Of a DNA stretch of 18,338 nucleotides, positions 1-6,974 are shown piece after piece. Origin of the DNA: Planctomycetota bacterium. Lineage in GTDB: Bacteria; Planctomycetota; UBA1135. The stretch covers positions 1-18,338 of the forward strand of contig JASFYO010000065.1 of NCBI GenBank assembly GCA_045047305.1, given 5' to 3'. Below the pieces are notes generated by a model, which had not been told where the DNA came from, did no database searches, and saw only the letters and a program-made list of their open reading frames with translations. The stretch's first letter is position 1, and each line of letters opens with the position of its first letter. The position numbers and the translations under genes are program-made.

Positions 1-1679
1 CCGAGAGCCATGGTGCGGCGCAGCATGTCGATGACGGCAAGGCGCGCGCCTTCCAGGGCTTCATCGCCAGTGCCAAGAACGCGATTTTCGCGGTAATAGC
101 TGTTGCCAGCAGCGGCGATTTTCAGCAATGATTGCGCCACAGTCATGGGCTCGCGTTTGGTTGCGGCTTCGCGCAGGGCTTGAGGCAACCGCCCGACGGC
201 CACAAATAAGTCCTTGCCGCCTTCTAGCAGTCTGGGGTCGATGTCTTCGCATGCCGGCACTTCCCGCTCCGCCTTACGCAAAATCGAGCAGCAACGTGCA
301 TGGGTGTATTGCAAATACGGGCCGGTGTCTCCTTCGAAGGAAAGGACCTCCTTCCAGTCGAAAATCACATCTTTTTGGCGCTGATGTTTGAGATCGTGGA
401 AGACGACCGCGCCGACGCCAACCATTTCCGCGACCTCGGCCTTGGTTGCGAGCTCCGGGTTCTTCTTATCTACCGCTTCTCGTGCCAACTCCACCGCGCG
501 GTCGAGCACTTCTGACAACGAGATCACGCGCCCGGCACGAGTCGATAACTTGCCTTCTGCCAAGCGAATCAGGCCAAATGGAATGTGCTCCATCTTCTCC
601 TGCCAATCCGCGCCGCAAAGCTTGAGCGCGGCTTTGAATTGCTGGAAGTGCAAAGTTTGCTCTGCACCCACGACGTAAAGCATCTGGTCGAAGTGGAATT
701 CCTCCCAACGTGATTTGGCCGCTGCAATATCACGCGTGGCGTACAGAGTGGTGCCATGCGCGGTCTTGACCAAGCAAGGAGTCTTGATTCCCTCTGAGGT
801 CAGGTCGATGATTTGCGCGCCATCATCCTCTTTGAGTACGCCGGAGTCATCCAGCCAAGTCAGGATGTCGGTGAGTTTGTCTTCGTACCAAGACTCTCCG
901 CGGACGAAATCAAACTCAATGCCGAAGCGATCATAAACGCGTTCGAATTCGCGCATGGAAAGTTCGGTGAACTGCTTCCAAGTGGCGCGGGTTTGGTTGT
1001 CGTCGCCGGACTCCAGTTCTTGGAATGCTATTTTAGCCTCGGCAGGGAGGGACTCATCTTGCTTTTCCTCCTCGTGATAACGCACGTAAAGCGCAAGTAA
1101 ATGCGCAATTGGATCCTTTTGCAGTTCTTCTTCGGAACCCCAGCGTTGCCATGCAGCGACGAGTTTGCCGAACTGCGAACCCCAGTCGCCGATGTGATTG
1201 ATCTTGATCACATGATGCCCGAGGCGGGCGTAGAAACGTGCCAGTGCAGCGCCAATCACGGTGGTGCGCATGTGTCCGACGTGCATCGGTTTGGCAATGT
1301 TCGGTGAAGAAAACTCGACTACCGTAGTGCAGTCTTCATGGCCGGATGCGAAATCGTCGCGTAGGGCACTTTCTAGAACTACGGCGGCTAAACGCTCCTC
1401 AGTAATCGAGAAGTTTAAGAATGGACCGGCTGCTGCTGCAGTGATGTCATCGACCGCAAATTCCGCGGCTAAACCCGCCGCCAACTCGGCAGGATTCTTG
1501 CCCGCAGCTTTTGCAAAGCGGAAGCAGGGTAGGGCGAACTGCCCCAGAGTCTCATTGCGCGGACGTTCCAGTTGCAGCATAGATTCCTCCACATTCAGGG
1601 CCGTAACGAGTGCGGCGCGAATGCGGGAAGCGAAGAAGTCGAGCCCATTGGGCTGCGCGGTAGCAAGTGGAGTTGGCAT
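1..1679 (-). CDS. argS: Arginyl-tRNA synthetase (3' end runs off the window)
   Basis: Not in the ORF track. Manual translation from ATG 1679 gives MPTPLATAQ...VVEFSSPNIAKPMHVGHMRTTVIG (HIGH motif), NHIGDWGSQFG, GTTLYATRDIAAA, YVVGAEQTLHF, GKLSTRAG (KMSKS-equivalent) and FEGDTGPYLQYTHAR. The frame is open to the window edge. Confidence 0.98.
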   Translation of the reverse strand, partial: MPTPLATAQPNGLDFFASRIRAALVTALNVEESMLQLERPRNETLGQFALPCFRFAKAAGKNPAELAAGLAAEFAVDDITAAAAGPFLNFSITEERLAAVVLESALRDDFASGHEDCTTVVEFSSPNIAKPMHVGHMRTTVIGAALARFYARLGHHVIKINHIGDWGSQFGKLVAAWQRWGSEEELQKDPIAHLLALYVRYHEEEKQDESLPAEAKIAFQELESGDDNQTRATWKQFTELSMREFERVYDRFGIEFDFVRGESWYEDKLTDILTWLDDSGVLKEDDGAQIIDLTSEGIKTPCLVKTAHGTTLYATRDIAAAKSRWEEFHFDQMLYVVGAEQTLHFQQFKAALKLCGADWQEKMEHIPFGLIRLAEGKLSTRAGRVISLSEVLDRAVELAREAVDKKNPELATKAEVAEMVGVGAVVFHDLKHQRQKDVIFDWKEVLSFEGDTGPYLQYTHARCCSILRKAEREVPACEDIDPRLLEGGKDLFVAVGRLPQALREAATKREPMTVAQSLLKIAAAGNSYYRENRVLGTGDEALEGARLAVIDMLRRTMAL

Positions 1680-1680
1680 T

Positions 1681-2286
1681 TCAGGAAGCCCGGTAAAGGG
1701 GGGCAAGCAAGTCGTCGAGCGGGAATCCTAAGGCATCGCTGATTTCTGCGGCTTGGGATTCGGCAAGTTCCTGAGCGCGAGTGAGCCAAACTGACTTGCC
1801 ATAACGCGCATCGAGGTCGGCATGGCGCACGGCCATCGGCACAATCTTAGTGTGCTGCACGCTGGAATCGGCCACGCTGAGTACGCTGTCGGCTAAGTCC
1901 CAATCGGGGCCGAGCGCTTGAAACGCGGAATCAGCTAGGGAGGGCTCCCAAAGCTGACTTTCAGCCACCTCAGCATGACTGCGGCCTTTGAGCCAATGGG
2001 TGAGGCAGCCGCGGCCGGCGCTGGCATAGCCCTCGCCTTTCAACAAGCAGTAGCCGCTCCATCCGTGCAGTGGGCCGTGAGTTTTGGCACGCCCGATGTC
2101 GTGGAGTAAAGAGCGTACTTCGAGCAGCTCTAAATCAAACTCCGATCCGGTTTGTTGCAAGGCGGCCCCTATGTGGTGCGCAACCTTCGCAACCTGATGG
2201 CAATGTTCCACCCAGGCCTCCCTGGGGGATGCAAATTGCAGCAGCAAGACCCGGGCGTCGTGCAGACCCAAGCGAGATTCAGGCAT
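1681..2286 (-). CDS. HD-domain (HDIG-type) metal-dependent phosphohydrolase
   Basis: H...HD...H...H...D pattern: VEHCHQVA, LLHDIGRAKTHGPLHG, CLTHW, VADS. Overlaps the NUDIX gene by 8 nt and its stop is 1 nt from the argS start. Confidence 0.88.
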   Translation of the reverse strand: MPESRLGLHDARVLLLQFASPREAWVEHCHQVAKVAHHIGAALQQTGSEFDLELLEVRSLLHDIGRAKTHGPLHGWSGYCLLKGEGYASAGRGCLTHWLKGRSHAEVAESQLWEPSLADSAFQALGPDWDLADSVLSVADSSVQHTKIVPMAVRHADLDARYGKSVWLTRAQELAESQAAEISDALGFPLDDLLAPLYRAS

Positions 2287-2764
2287 CGGCGCCGGGACTG
2301 GGAAGAAAGCTTAAGCGTTTGGCTGCTCGGATGAGGGTGCGTCGTAGATCGGAAAAGCCGAGGCGCTCCACGGCATTTTGTTCCGTTAACCAGGCAACAT
2401 CCTGGTGCTCAGCAGAAACCTGCAGCGCGCCTTCCGTCACCGGCTCTAACGCCAGGAAGTAAACCACGCGTTTCCACTCGGAGTCGCCTGGGCGGTAGAT
2501 GGAAGTATCTGCAAAAACGGAATCGAGGGCGTCGGCCTGCAGAGCAATCCCGGTTTCCTCTAAAACTTCGCGCAGGGCACCGCTGATTAGATCTTCCCCT
2601 GATTCGAGGTGACCCTTGGCAAAGCTCCAGGTGCCGTGCTTGGCATTTTGCAGCAGCAAGAAGCGAGGTTCCGCGCGTGAGCCCGCCCACAGAACGATGC
2701 CCGCAGCGAGCACCGGGTTCTCCGCGGTGCCGTGGTTTGGAGGGGTGGGAGAGGCTGAATCCAC
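2279..2764 (-). CDS. NUDIX hydrolase, Ap4A-hydrolase (NUDT2)-like
   Basis: Full Nudix box GHLESGEDLISGALREVLEETGI. The flanking motifs AAGIV, FLLLQ...W.FAKGH, KRVVYFLA and SAEHQDVAW resemble asymmetric Ap4A hydrolases. GTG start. Confidence 0.88.
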   Translation of the reverse strand: MDSASPTPPNHGTAENPVLAAGIVLWAGSRAEPRFLLLQNAKHGTWSFAKGHLESGEDLISGALREVLEETGIALQADALDSVFADTSIYRPGDSEWKRVVYFLALEPVTEGALQVSAEHQDVAWLTEQNAVERLGFSDLRRTLIRAAKRLSFLPSPGADA

Positions 2765-2770
2765 TCCTTG

Positions 2771-2776
2771 ATTCTA
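2771..2776 (-). promoter_or_regulatory. Putative -10 box TAGAAT for a leaderless NUDIX-HD-argS transcript
   Basis: Minus strand reads TAGAAT-CAAGGA-GTG, so the -10 hexamer is 6 nt before the start codon. Confidence 0.5.
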
Positions 2777-2792
2777 ACTCATGGAGAGGGGG

Positions 2793-2798
2793 TACAAT
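2793..2798 (+). promoter_or_regulatory. Putative -10 box TACAAT for a leaderless pyrK transcript
   Basis: TACAAT-CTTGGG-ATG(2805), again 6 nt spacing. TTGATT at 2768-2773 is a possible -35 (19-nt spacer). Confidence 0.5.
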
Positions 2799-2804
2799 CT
2801 TGGG

Positions 2805-3629
2805 ATGGTTGCCGTGGAACAGGCCGGTTTGAGTGTGGTGGGCAGGGTTGTGGAGCAACGCGCCGTTGGCGCCGACGCTTTTGTGTTGGAGCTGCAAATG
2901 CCCGGTATGCCAGCGTTCATGCCTCCAGGCGCATTCGCAATGTTGTCGCCAGAAGATGGCAGCGGCCCTGAGATTCCGCGCCCATTCAGTGTGTATGACC
3001 GGATTGGGGCTGACGGCTTCACATTTTTAATCCAAACCTTAGGGCGCGGCACCAAAGCAATTGAGCAGGTGCCTATAGGCGCGAAAATGCGTTGCACGAT
3101 GCCTCTCGGCAATGGATTTGAGGTCGCATCTGCAGAACGCACGGTGGTGATGGTCGCTGGTGGAGTGGGTAGTGCACCCTTTTTGCTTTATGCAAAACAA
3201 CGCGCAAGCATGGGGGCGAGTGCTAACACCCATATGCTGTTCGGCGCGCGCACAGGAGAACGGCTTTACGATCGGCAAGCCTTTGAAGCGGTCGACGTCG
3301 ACCTCCATCTAGCCACCGATGATGGCAGTCTTGGGTTCGATGGCAACGTGGTCGCTTGCCTCGGCTCTTTGCTCGACGCCAACCAACTCCCCGCCGACGC
3401 CCTGTTTCTCGCTTGCGGTCCCGCTGGCCTACTTCATGGTTTCGCCGATTTCGCTCGTGCCCGGTCGCTCGACGCCTGGCTCAGCCTAGAAACCTACATG
3501 GGATGTGGCTTTGGAGTCTGCAACGGCTGTCCAGTGCCGACCAATCCAGATGGTCCGCTTGGTGGCTGGCCGTATGCTCGGACCTGCACCGAAGGCCCGG
3601 TGTTCCCTCTCTCCTCAATCCAATTTTAG
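2805..3629 (+). CDS. pyrK: Dihydroorotate dehydrogenase B electron-transfer subunit (FAD/[2Fe-2S])
   Basis: RPFSV (FAD binding), PLGNGF, VAGGVGSAP, ACGP and the Fe-S motif SLETYMGCGFGVCNGC...CTEGPVF. Start placed at ATG 2805 rather than 2781 because of the -10 box. Confidence 0.9.
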   Translation: MVAVEQAGLSVVGRVVEQRAVGADAFVLELQMPGMPAFMPPGAFAMLSPEDGSGPEIPRPFSVYDRIGADGFTFLIQTLGRGTKAIEQVPIGAKMRCTMPLGNGFEVASAERTVVMVAGGVGSAPFLLYAKQRASMGASANTHMLFGARTGERLYDRQAFEAVDVDLHLATDDGSLGFDGNVVACLGSLLDANQLPADALFLACGPAGLLHGFADFARARSLDAWLSLETYMGCGFGVCNGCPVPTNPDGPLGGWPYARTCTEGPVFPLSSIQF

Positions 3630-3631
3630 AC

Positions 3632-4126
3632 ATGGAAGGCTGGTCGATTGAAATCAATAAGGAGTACCTAAAGTTCTCCGCCGCGCACTTCCTTATTTTC
3701 CCGGATGGAAGCTCCGAGCGCCTGCACGGACACAACTATCAAGTGTCGTGCGAAATTGGTGGCGCACTTTCGGAGTTTGGTTTGGTGCTCGATTTTAAAC
3801 GGGTCAAACCCATCATCCGTGAGTTGGTCGATCGTCTAGACGAGTACTGGCTCATCCCTGGGGAACATCCAGTCTTGACTTGGAAGGACCGCGGAGACGA
3901 TGTCATCGAAGTCCATTACCGAGAACTGTATTACGCCGCTCCCAAGTCCGACGTCGTGATTCTGCCCCTGCGCAACATCTCTGCGGAAAAGTTGGCCGCT
4001 TATGTCGGCTGTGAGTTGTTGGACCGCATCACGCGGGAATTCCCCGAGATGCCGGTCGAACGCCTGCGGTTGTGCGTGGAAGAGACTTCCGGGCAGCGCG
4101 GTTGCTGGACCTACACGGCTGACTGA
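3632..4126 (+). CDS. 6-pyruvoyl-tetrahydropterin synthase family protein, Glu-type (PTPS-III-like)
   Basis: ATG 3632 lies 2 nt after the pyrK stop. Motifs FSAAHF, SERLHGHNY, GLVLDF, SAEKLA and VEETSG. No Cys precedes the HGH motif. Confidence 0.9.
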   Translation: MEGWSIEINKEYLKFSAAHFLIFPDGSSERLHGHNYQVSCEIGGALSEFGLVLDFKRVKPIIRELVDRLDEYWLIPGEHPVLTWKDRGDDVIEVHYRELYYAAPKSDVVILPLRNISAEKLAAYVGCELLDRITREFPEMPVERLRLCVEETSGQRGCWTYTAD

Positions 4127-4151
4127 AGGTTTTCGCAGCGCCCAGGTGTGG

Positions 4152-4182
4152 ATAAAACCGGCGACCGTTGCCGGTCACCGGT
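4152..4182 (-). terminator. Rho-independent terminator-like hairpin
   Basis: Minus strand ACCGGTGACCG-GCAA-CGGTCGCCGGT-TTTAT: 11-bp stem with one G-U pair, GNRA loop and a short U tract. Confidence 0.55.
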
Positions 4183-4288
4183 ACCCATCATGGCAGTTAA
4201 GCAATCCTTCTAATTGAACGCCGCCTACAAGGGCAATGACGGATGCAGAGGGCTCGTGCTTAAGGATAATTCTCAAATAAATGGCAGC

Positions 4289-4316
4289 TTGTGCGACCAT
4301 TGGGCGACGCTAGAAT
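4289..4316 (+). promoter_or_regulatory. Putative sigma70-type promoter for tRNA-Pro
   Basis: TTGTGC (4289-4294), 16 nt spacer, TAGAAT (4311-4316), preceded by an AT-rich tract and 17 nt upstream of the mature tRNA. Confidence 0.45.
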
Positions 4317-4333
4317 TCCAAGCCTAATTGAGT

Positions 4334-4410
4334 CGGGGCGTAGCGCAGTTTGGTAGCGCGTTGCACTGGGGGTGCAGAGGTCGGAAGTTCAAGTCTTCTC
4401 GCCCCGACCA
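4334..4410 (+). tRNA. tRNA-Pro (anticodon GGG)
   Basis: Cloverleaf: acceptor CGGGGCG/CGCCCCG, D arm GCGC-AGTTTGGTA-GCGC, anticodon arm TTGCA-CTGGGGG-TGCAG, T arm GGAAG-TTCAAGT-CTTCT, encoded ACCA end; 77 nt. Confidence 0.97.
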
Positions 4411-4426
4411 TTTACCGCGGCAAAGT

Positions 4427-5623
4427 TTAAGCGCCCGCGATGATGCGGAAGATGCGGCCGTCTTGGCAAACGATGTACATCTCTTGGTCCGCGTCGACGC
4501 CAAAGCAAACCAGGGTCGTTAACCTGCTATCAGCAGAGAGTTGCTTGGTTCGATTGGTGCGTTCGAGCAAGACGCCGTCTTTGACCTTGAGAGTCCCAAC
4601 CGCGCCGCTGCAGTAGTCAGCGTAAAAGTACTGCCCTTGCAGCCAAGGGATTTGCTCACCGCGATACACATAACCGCCGGTCACCGAACAGTGGCCGCCA
4701 GTATGTCCGTACTCGTGGATAGGTTGCACTAAGGCGGCATCGGTCTCGAAATCGGAACCCTTGAAGGCGTGGGTGCCTTCTTCGATGCGCCAGCCATAGT
4801 TCTCACCGCCCTTGCTGGCGCCAGATTGCCAATCCAGCTCCTCCCACTTGTTTTGTCCGACATCGCCGATGTATAAATCGCCGTTCACGGGGTCGAAGCA
4901 GAAGCGCCATGGATTGCGCATGCCATAGGCCCAGATTTCATCACGGAATTGATCGTTGCCGACGAAGGGATTACTCTTCGGAATCGCATAGGGATCACCT
5001 TGGTCGACGTCGATGCGCAGAATCTTGCCGAGTAGATTTTGTCCGTTTTGCGCGGCGTCATGGGGATCATTGGCGGCCCCGCCATCACCAAGTCCGATGT
5101 AAAGGAAACCATCGTTAGGGCCAAAGGCAATCATGCCGCCATTGTGATTGGACCAGGGTTGCTTTACTTGAAGCAGGAGTTTTTCACTTTCTGGATCGGC
5201 AATCCACTGCTCAGAATCCACCGTGAAACGCGAAATTATGGTGTCGCCTTCGGTGTTGGAATAATGCAGGTAAACATAGGGCATTTGCGGGAAGCGCGGG
5301 TGCCAAGCCATGCCAAGTAAACCGCGCTCGGAGATGGAGCTGATCTTAGCCGTGAGATCGATGAGATCGTGGTCATCGAACTCACCGTTGATGAGCATGC
5401 GCAGGCGCCCGGCTTGCTCCAGAATAAATAAGCGCGAAGAGTCGTCCGGGGCGGAGCAGAGGAATACCGGGGACTTTAGGTCGGTGCGCACAACCTCGAG
5501 CGCCAGGGTTTGGGTGGCGTCGGGGGTGGAGTTGGCTTCTGGTTCTTGCCAAGCGTCGGCAGGGGTGCCGCAGGCAACAGCGGTGATGAGAACGAGGCTA
5601 GGGAGGAGCAGGGCAGAGGCCAT
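4427..5623 (-). CDS. PQQ-dependent glucose/sorbosone dehydrogenase family beta-propeller, probable lipoprotein
   Basis: [58 protein letters not shown] and [10 protein letters not shown]. The hydrophobic N-terminus ends in AVA-C. Confidence 0.92.
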   Translation of the reverse strand: MASALLLPSLVLITAVACGTPADAWQEPEANSTPDATQTLALEVVRTDLKSPVFLCSAPDDSSRLFILEQAGRLRMLINGEFDDHDLIDLTAKISSISERGLLGMAWHPRFPQMPYVYLHYSNTEGDTIISRFTVDSEQWIADPESEKLLLQVKQPWSNHNGGMIAFGPNDGFLYIGLGDGGAANDPHDAAQNGQNLLGKILRIDVDQGDPYAIPKSNPFVGNDQFRDEIWAYGMRNPWRFCFDPVNGDLYIGDVGQNKWEELDWQSGASKGGENYGWRIEEGTHAFKGSDFETDAALVQPIHEYGHTGGHCSVTGGYVYRGEQIPWLQGQYFYADYCSGAVGTLKVKDGVLLERTNRTKQLSADSRLTTLVCFGVDADQEMYIVCQDGRIFRIIAGA

Positions 5624-5633
5624 GCGTCTAAGA

Positions 5634-6857
5634 CTACTTCTTCGGGTAGTTTTTCAGGCACCAAGCAGCCCAAGCTTCGTCGAAACTGCTCGCATCGAGT
5701 TCAAATGCTTGCATCAGGGCTTTCTTTTGCACGCTAATCATTTCCTCCACCGTGGGGAATTCGCCTGGAGGAAAAGGGTCTTTCAGTATTTTGAAAAACG
5801 TAGCGAAGCCGTCGCGCTTGGTTTGCATGAGAAAATCGATCCGCGACCATGCCATCATGTGCTCGTTGTACTTCATTTCCTCCGGTTGCGGAAAGTGCAT
5901 GACTTCCTCGAAGCTGGGGTAATAATCATGGCCGATGCGGGCTCGCACCTTCGGCTGCCACTTCCAGATATTTTTGTCGTCGGTGCCGAACAGACGGTCT
6001 TGGGTGAAATAGTTTCTCGTGGGATCGATGCGTCGCGCGAACCAATGGCCGAGTCCTGCGTTGACCCACTCTGGCATGGAATGACGATAGTAACGATAGC
6101 CATTAAGTAAATTCATCGACACGCTATACACGAATAAGCAATGCATGGTGGTGTCCGATGCCATGCCATCGTTTTCGGCAGCAATTCCAAACAGGAGGGT
6201 GCCGTCGCGTGGGAACATATAGCGGATTGGCTTATCGCCCTGCTGATTCATGAAGGATTTGCGGTAGCGTCCTAGGCTGCTTTCCTGGTTAAATAAAAGC
6301 AAGGTGTATTTGCTTTTCATGCCTAAATAAACACCTTCGCCCATGTATTCACCGTTGACTTCGAGGCCCGGCGAAACCGGAAAACTCTCATCGGTTACGC
6401 CGAGCAAGTCCGACATTTCGTCGTATAAATCCTCCGCACGCATGGCGTAAAGATGCAAGCGTAACCAGGGGTCAAGTTTTTTTACTTTCTTCGGGACATT
6501 AGGCAGGCGTTCACGCAAACGTTTCATCTCTGCCTTTATTTTCTCCTTTTCAATCTTGTTGCCGCGGTCAATGGTGTAGCTGTCAAGACTGCTGCCAATA
6601 CGGAAATGAGCCGTTTCAACCCAACGGATACGGGCGCCACCCAGGGCCTCGTCAATGTCCTTCGTGCTGTGGTTGTCGGCCCAGTGAAAGCGCCCTTGTT
6701 TGACAATGCCGGCGGCTGCAAGGACGTCCTTATCGTTTTCGGAATAAGGGTCTTCCAGCCACTTTTTATCCTCCTCCTTGTCTTTGCCCTTTTGGGCAGC
6801 AAGTGGAGTGAGAGGCAGTGAGGTGGCGAGGAAGAGAAGGAGTAGGTGCTTGAGCAT
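5634..6857 (-). CDS. Secreted hypothetical protein, degenerate zincin/peptidase-MA-like (module copy A)
   Basis: Signal peptide (…PLAA|Q). Colinear paralog of 8113-9327 (ETxHFRIG, DPWLRxHLxAMRAExLY, DGMASDTxMHC, TRNYF, RIDFL, WxLKNYxKK). MPEWVNAGLGHWF resembles the zincin PxWxxEGxA segment, but there is no HExxH. Confidence 0.8.
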   Translation of the reverse strand: MLKHLLLLFLATSLPLTPLAAQKGKDKEEDKKWLEDPYSENDKDVLAAAGIVKQGRFHWADNHSTKDIDEALGGARIRWVETAHFRIGSSLDSYTIDRGNKIEKEKIKAEMKRLRERLPNVPKKVKKLDPWLRLHLYAMRAEDLYDEMSDLLGVTDESFPVSPGLEVNGEYMGEGVYLGMKSKYTLLLFNQESSLGRYRKSFMNQQGDKPIRYMFPRDGTLLFGIAAENDGMASDTTMHCLFVYSVSMNLLNGYRYYRHSMPEWVNAGLGHWFARRIDPTRNYFTQDRLFGTDDKNIWKWQPKVRARIGHDYYPSFEEVMHFPQPEEMKYNEHMMAWSRIDFLMQTKRDGFATFFKILKDPFPPGEFPTVEEMISVQKKALMQAFELDASSFDEAWAAWCLKNYPKK

Positions 6858-6923
6858 CAGCGTATTGGCGGCGCAGGCTTTTGGGTTATAGCGATTCGGA
6901 AGGCCTCGATATCTGCGAATGGC

Positions 6924-6960
6924 AAAAAATAAACGCCGTCGAGCCGAAGCCCGACGGCGT
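6924..6960 (-). terminator. Rho-independent terminator downstream of the candidate selenoprotein gene
   Basis: Minus strand ACGCCGTCGGGC-TTCG-GCTCGACGGCGT-TTATTTTTT: 12-bp stem, C(UUCG)G tetraloop and a long U tract. Confidence 0.9.
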
Positions 6961-6974
6961 CTATGAGTCGTCAG

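Noticed and set aside
61..1789. Numerous short ORFs in the track over this region, and similar antisense ORFs elsewhere
   Set aside because: They are shadow frames of argS and other well-supported genes, with no recognisable motifs.
3356..3631. N-terminal extension of the PTPS ORF
   Set aside because: It overlaps pyrK in another frame with Arg-rich, non-protein-like sequence. Homology starts at ATG 3632.
4147..4155. Perfect DnaA box TGTGGATAA suggesting oriC
   Set aside because: It is a single box with no cluster or typical origin genes. Another copy occurs inside a coding region (11969-11977), so chance is plausible.
4334..4410. tRNA-Pro as the attachment site of an integrated island
   Set aside because: No integrase, no duplicated tRNA 3' end seen in the window and no obvious compositional break.
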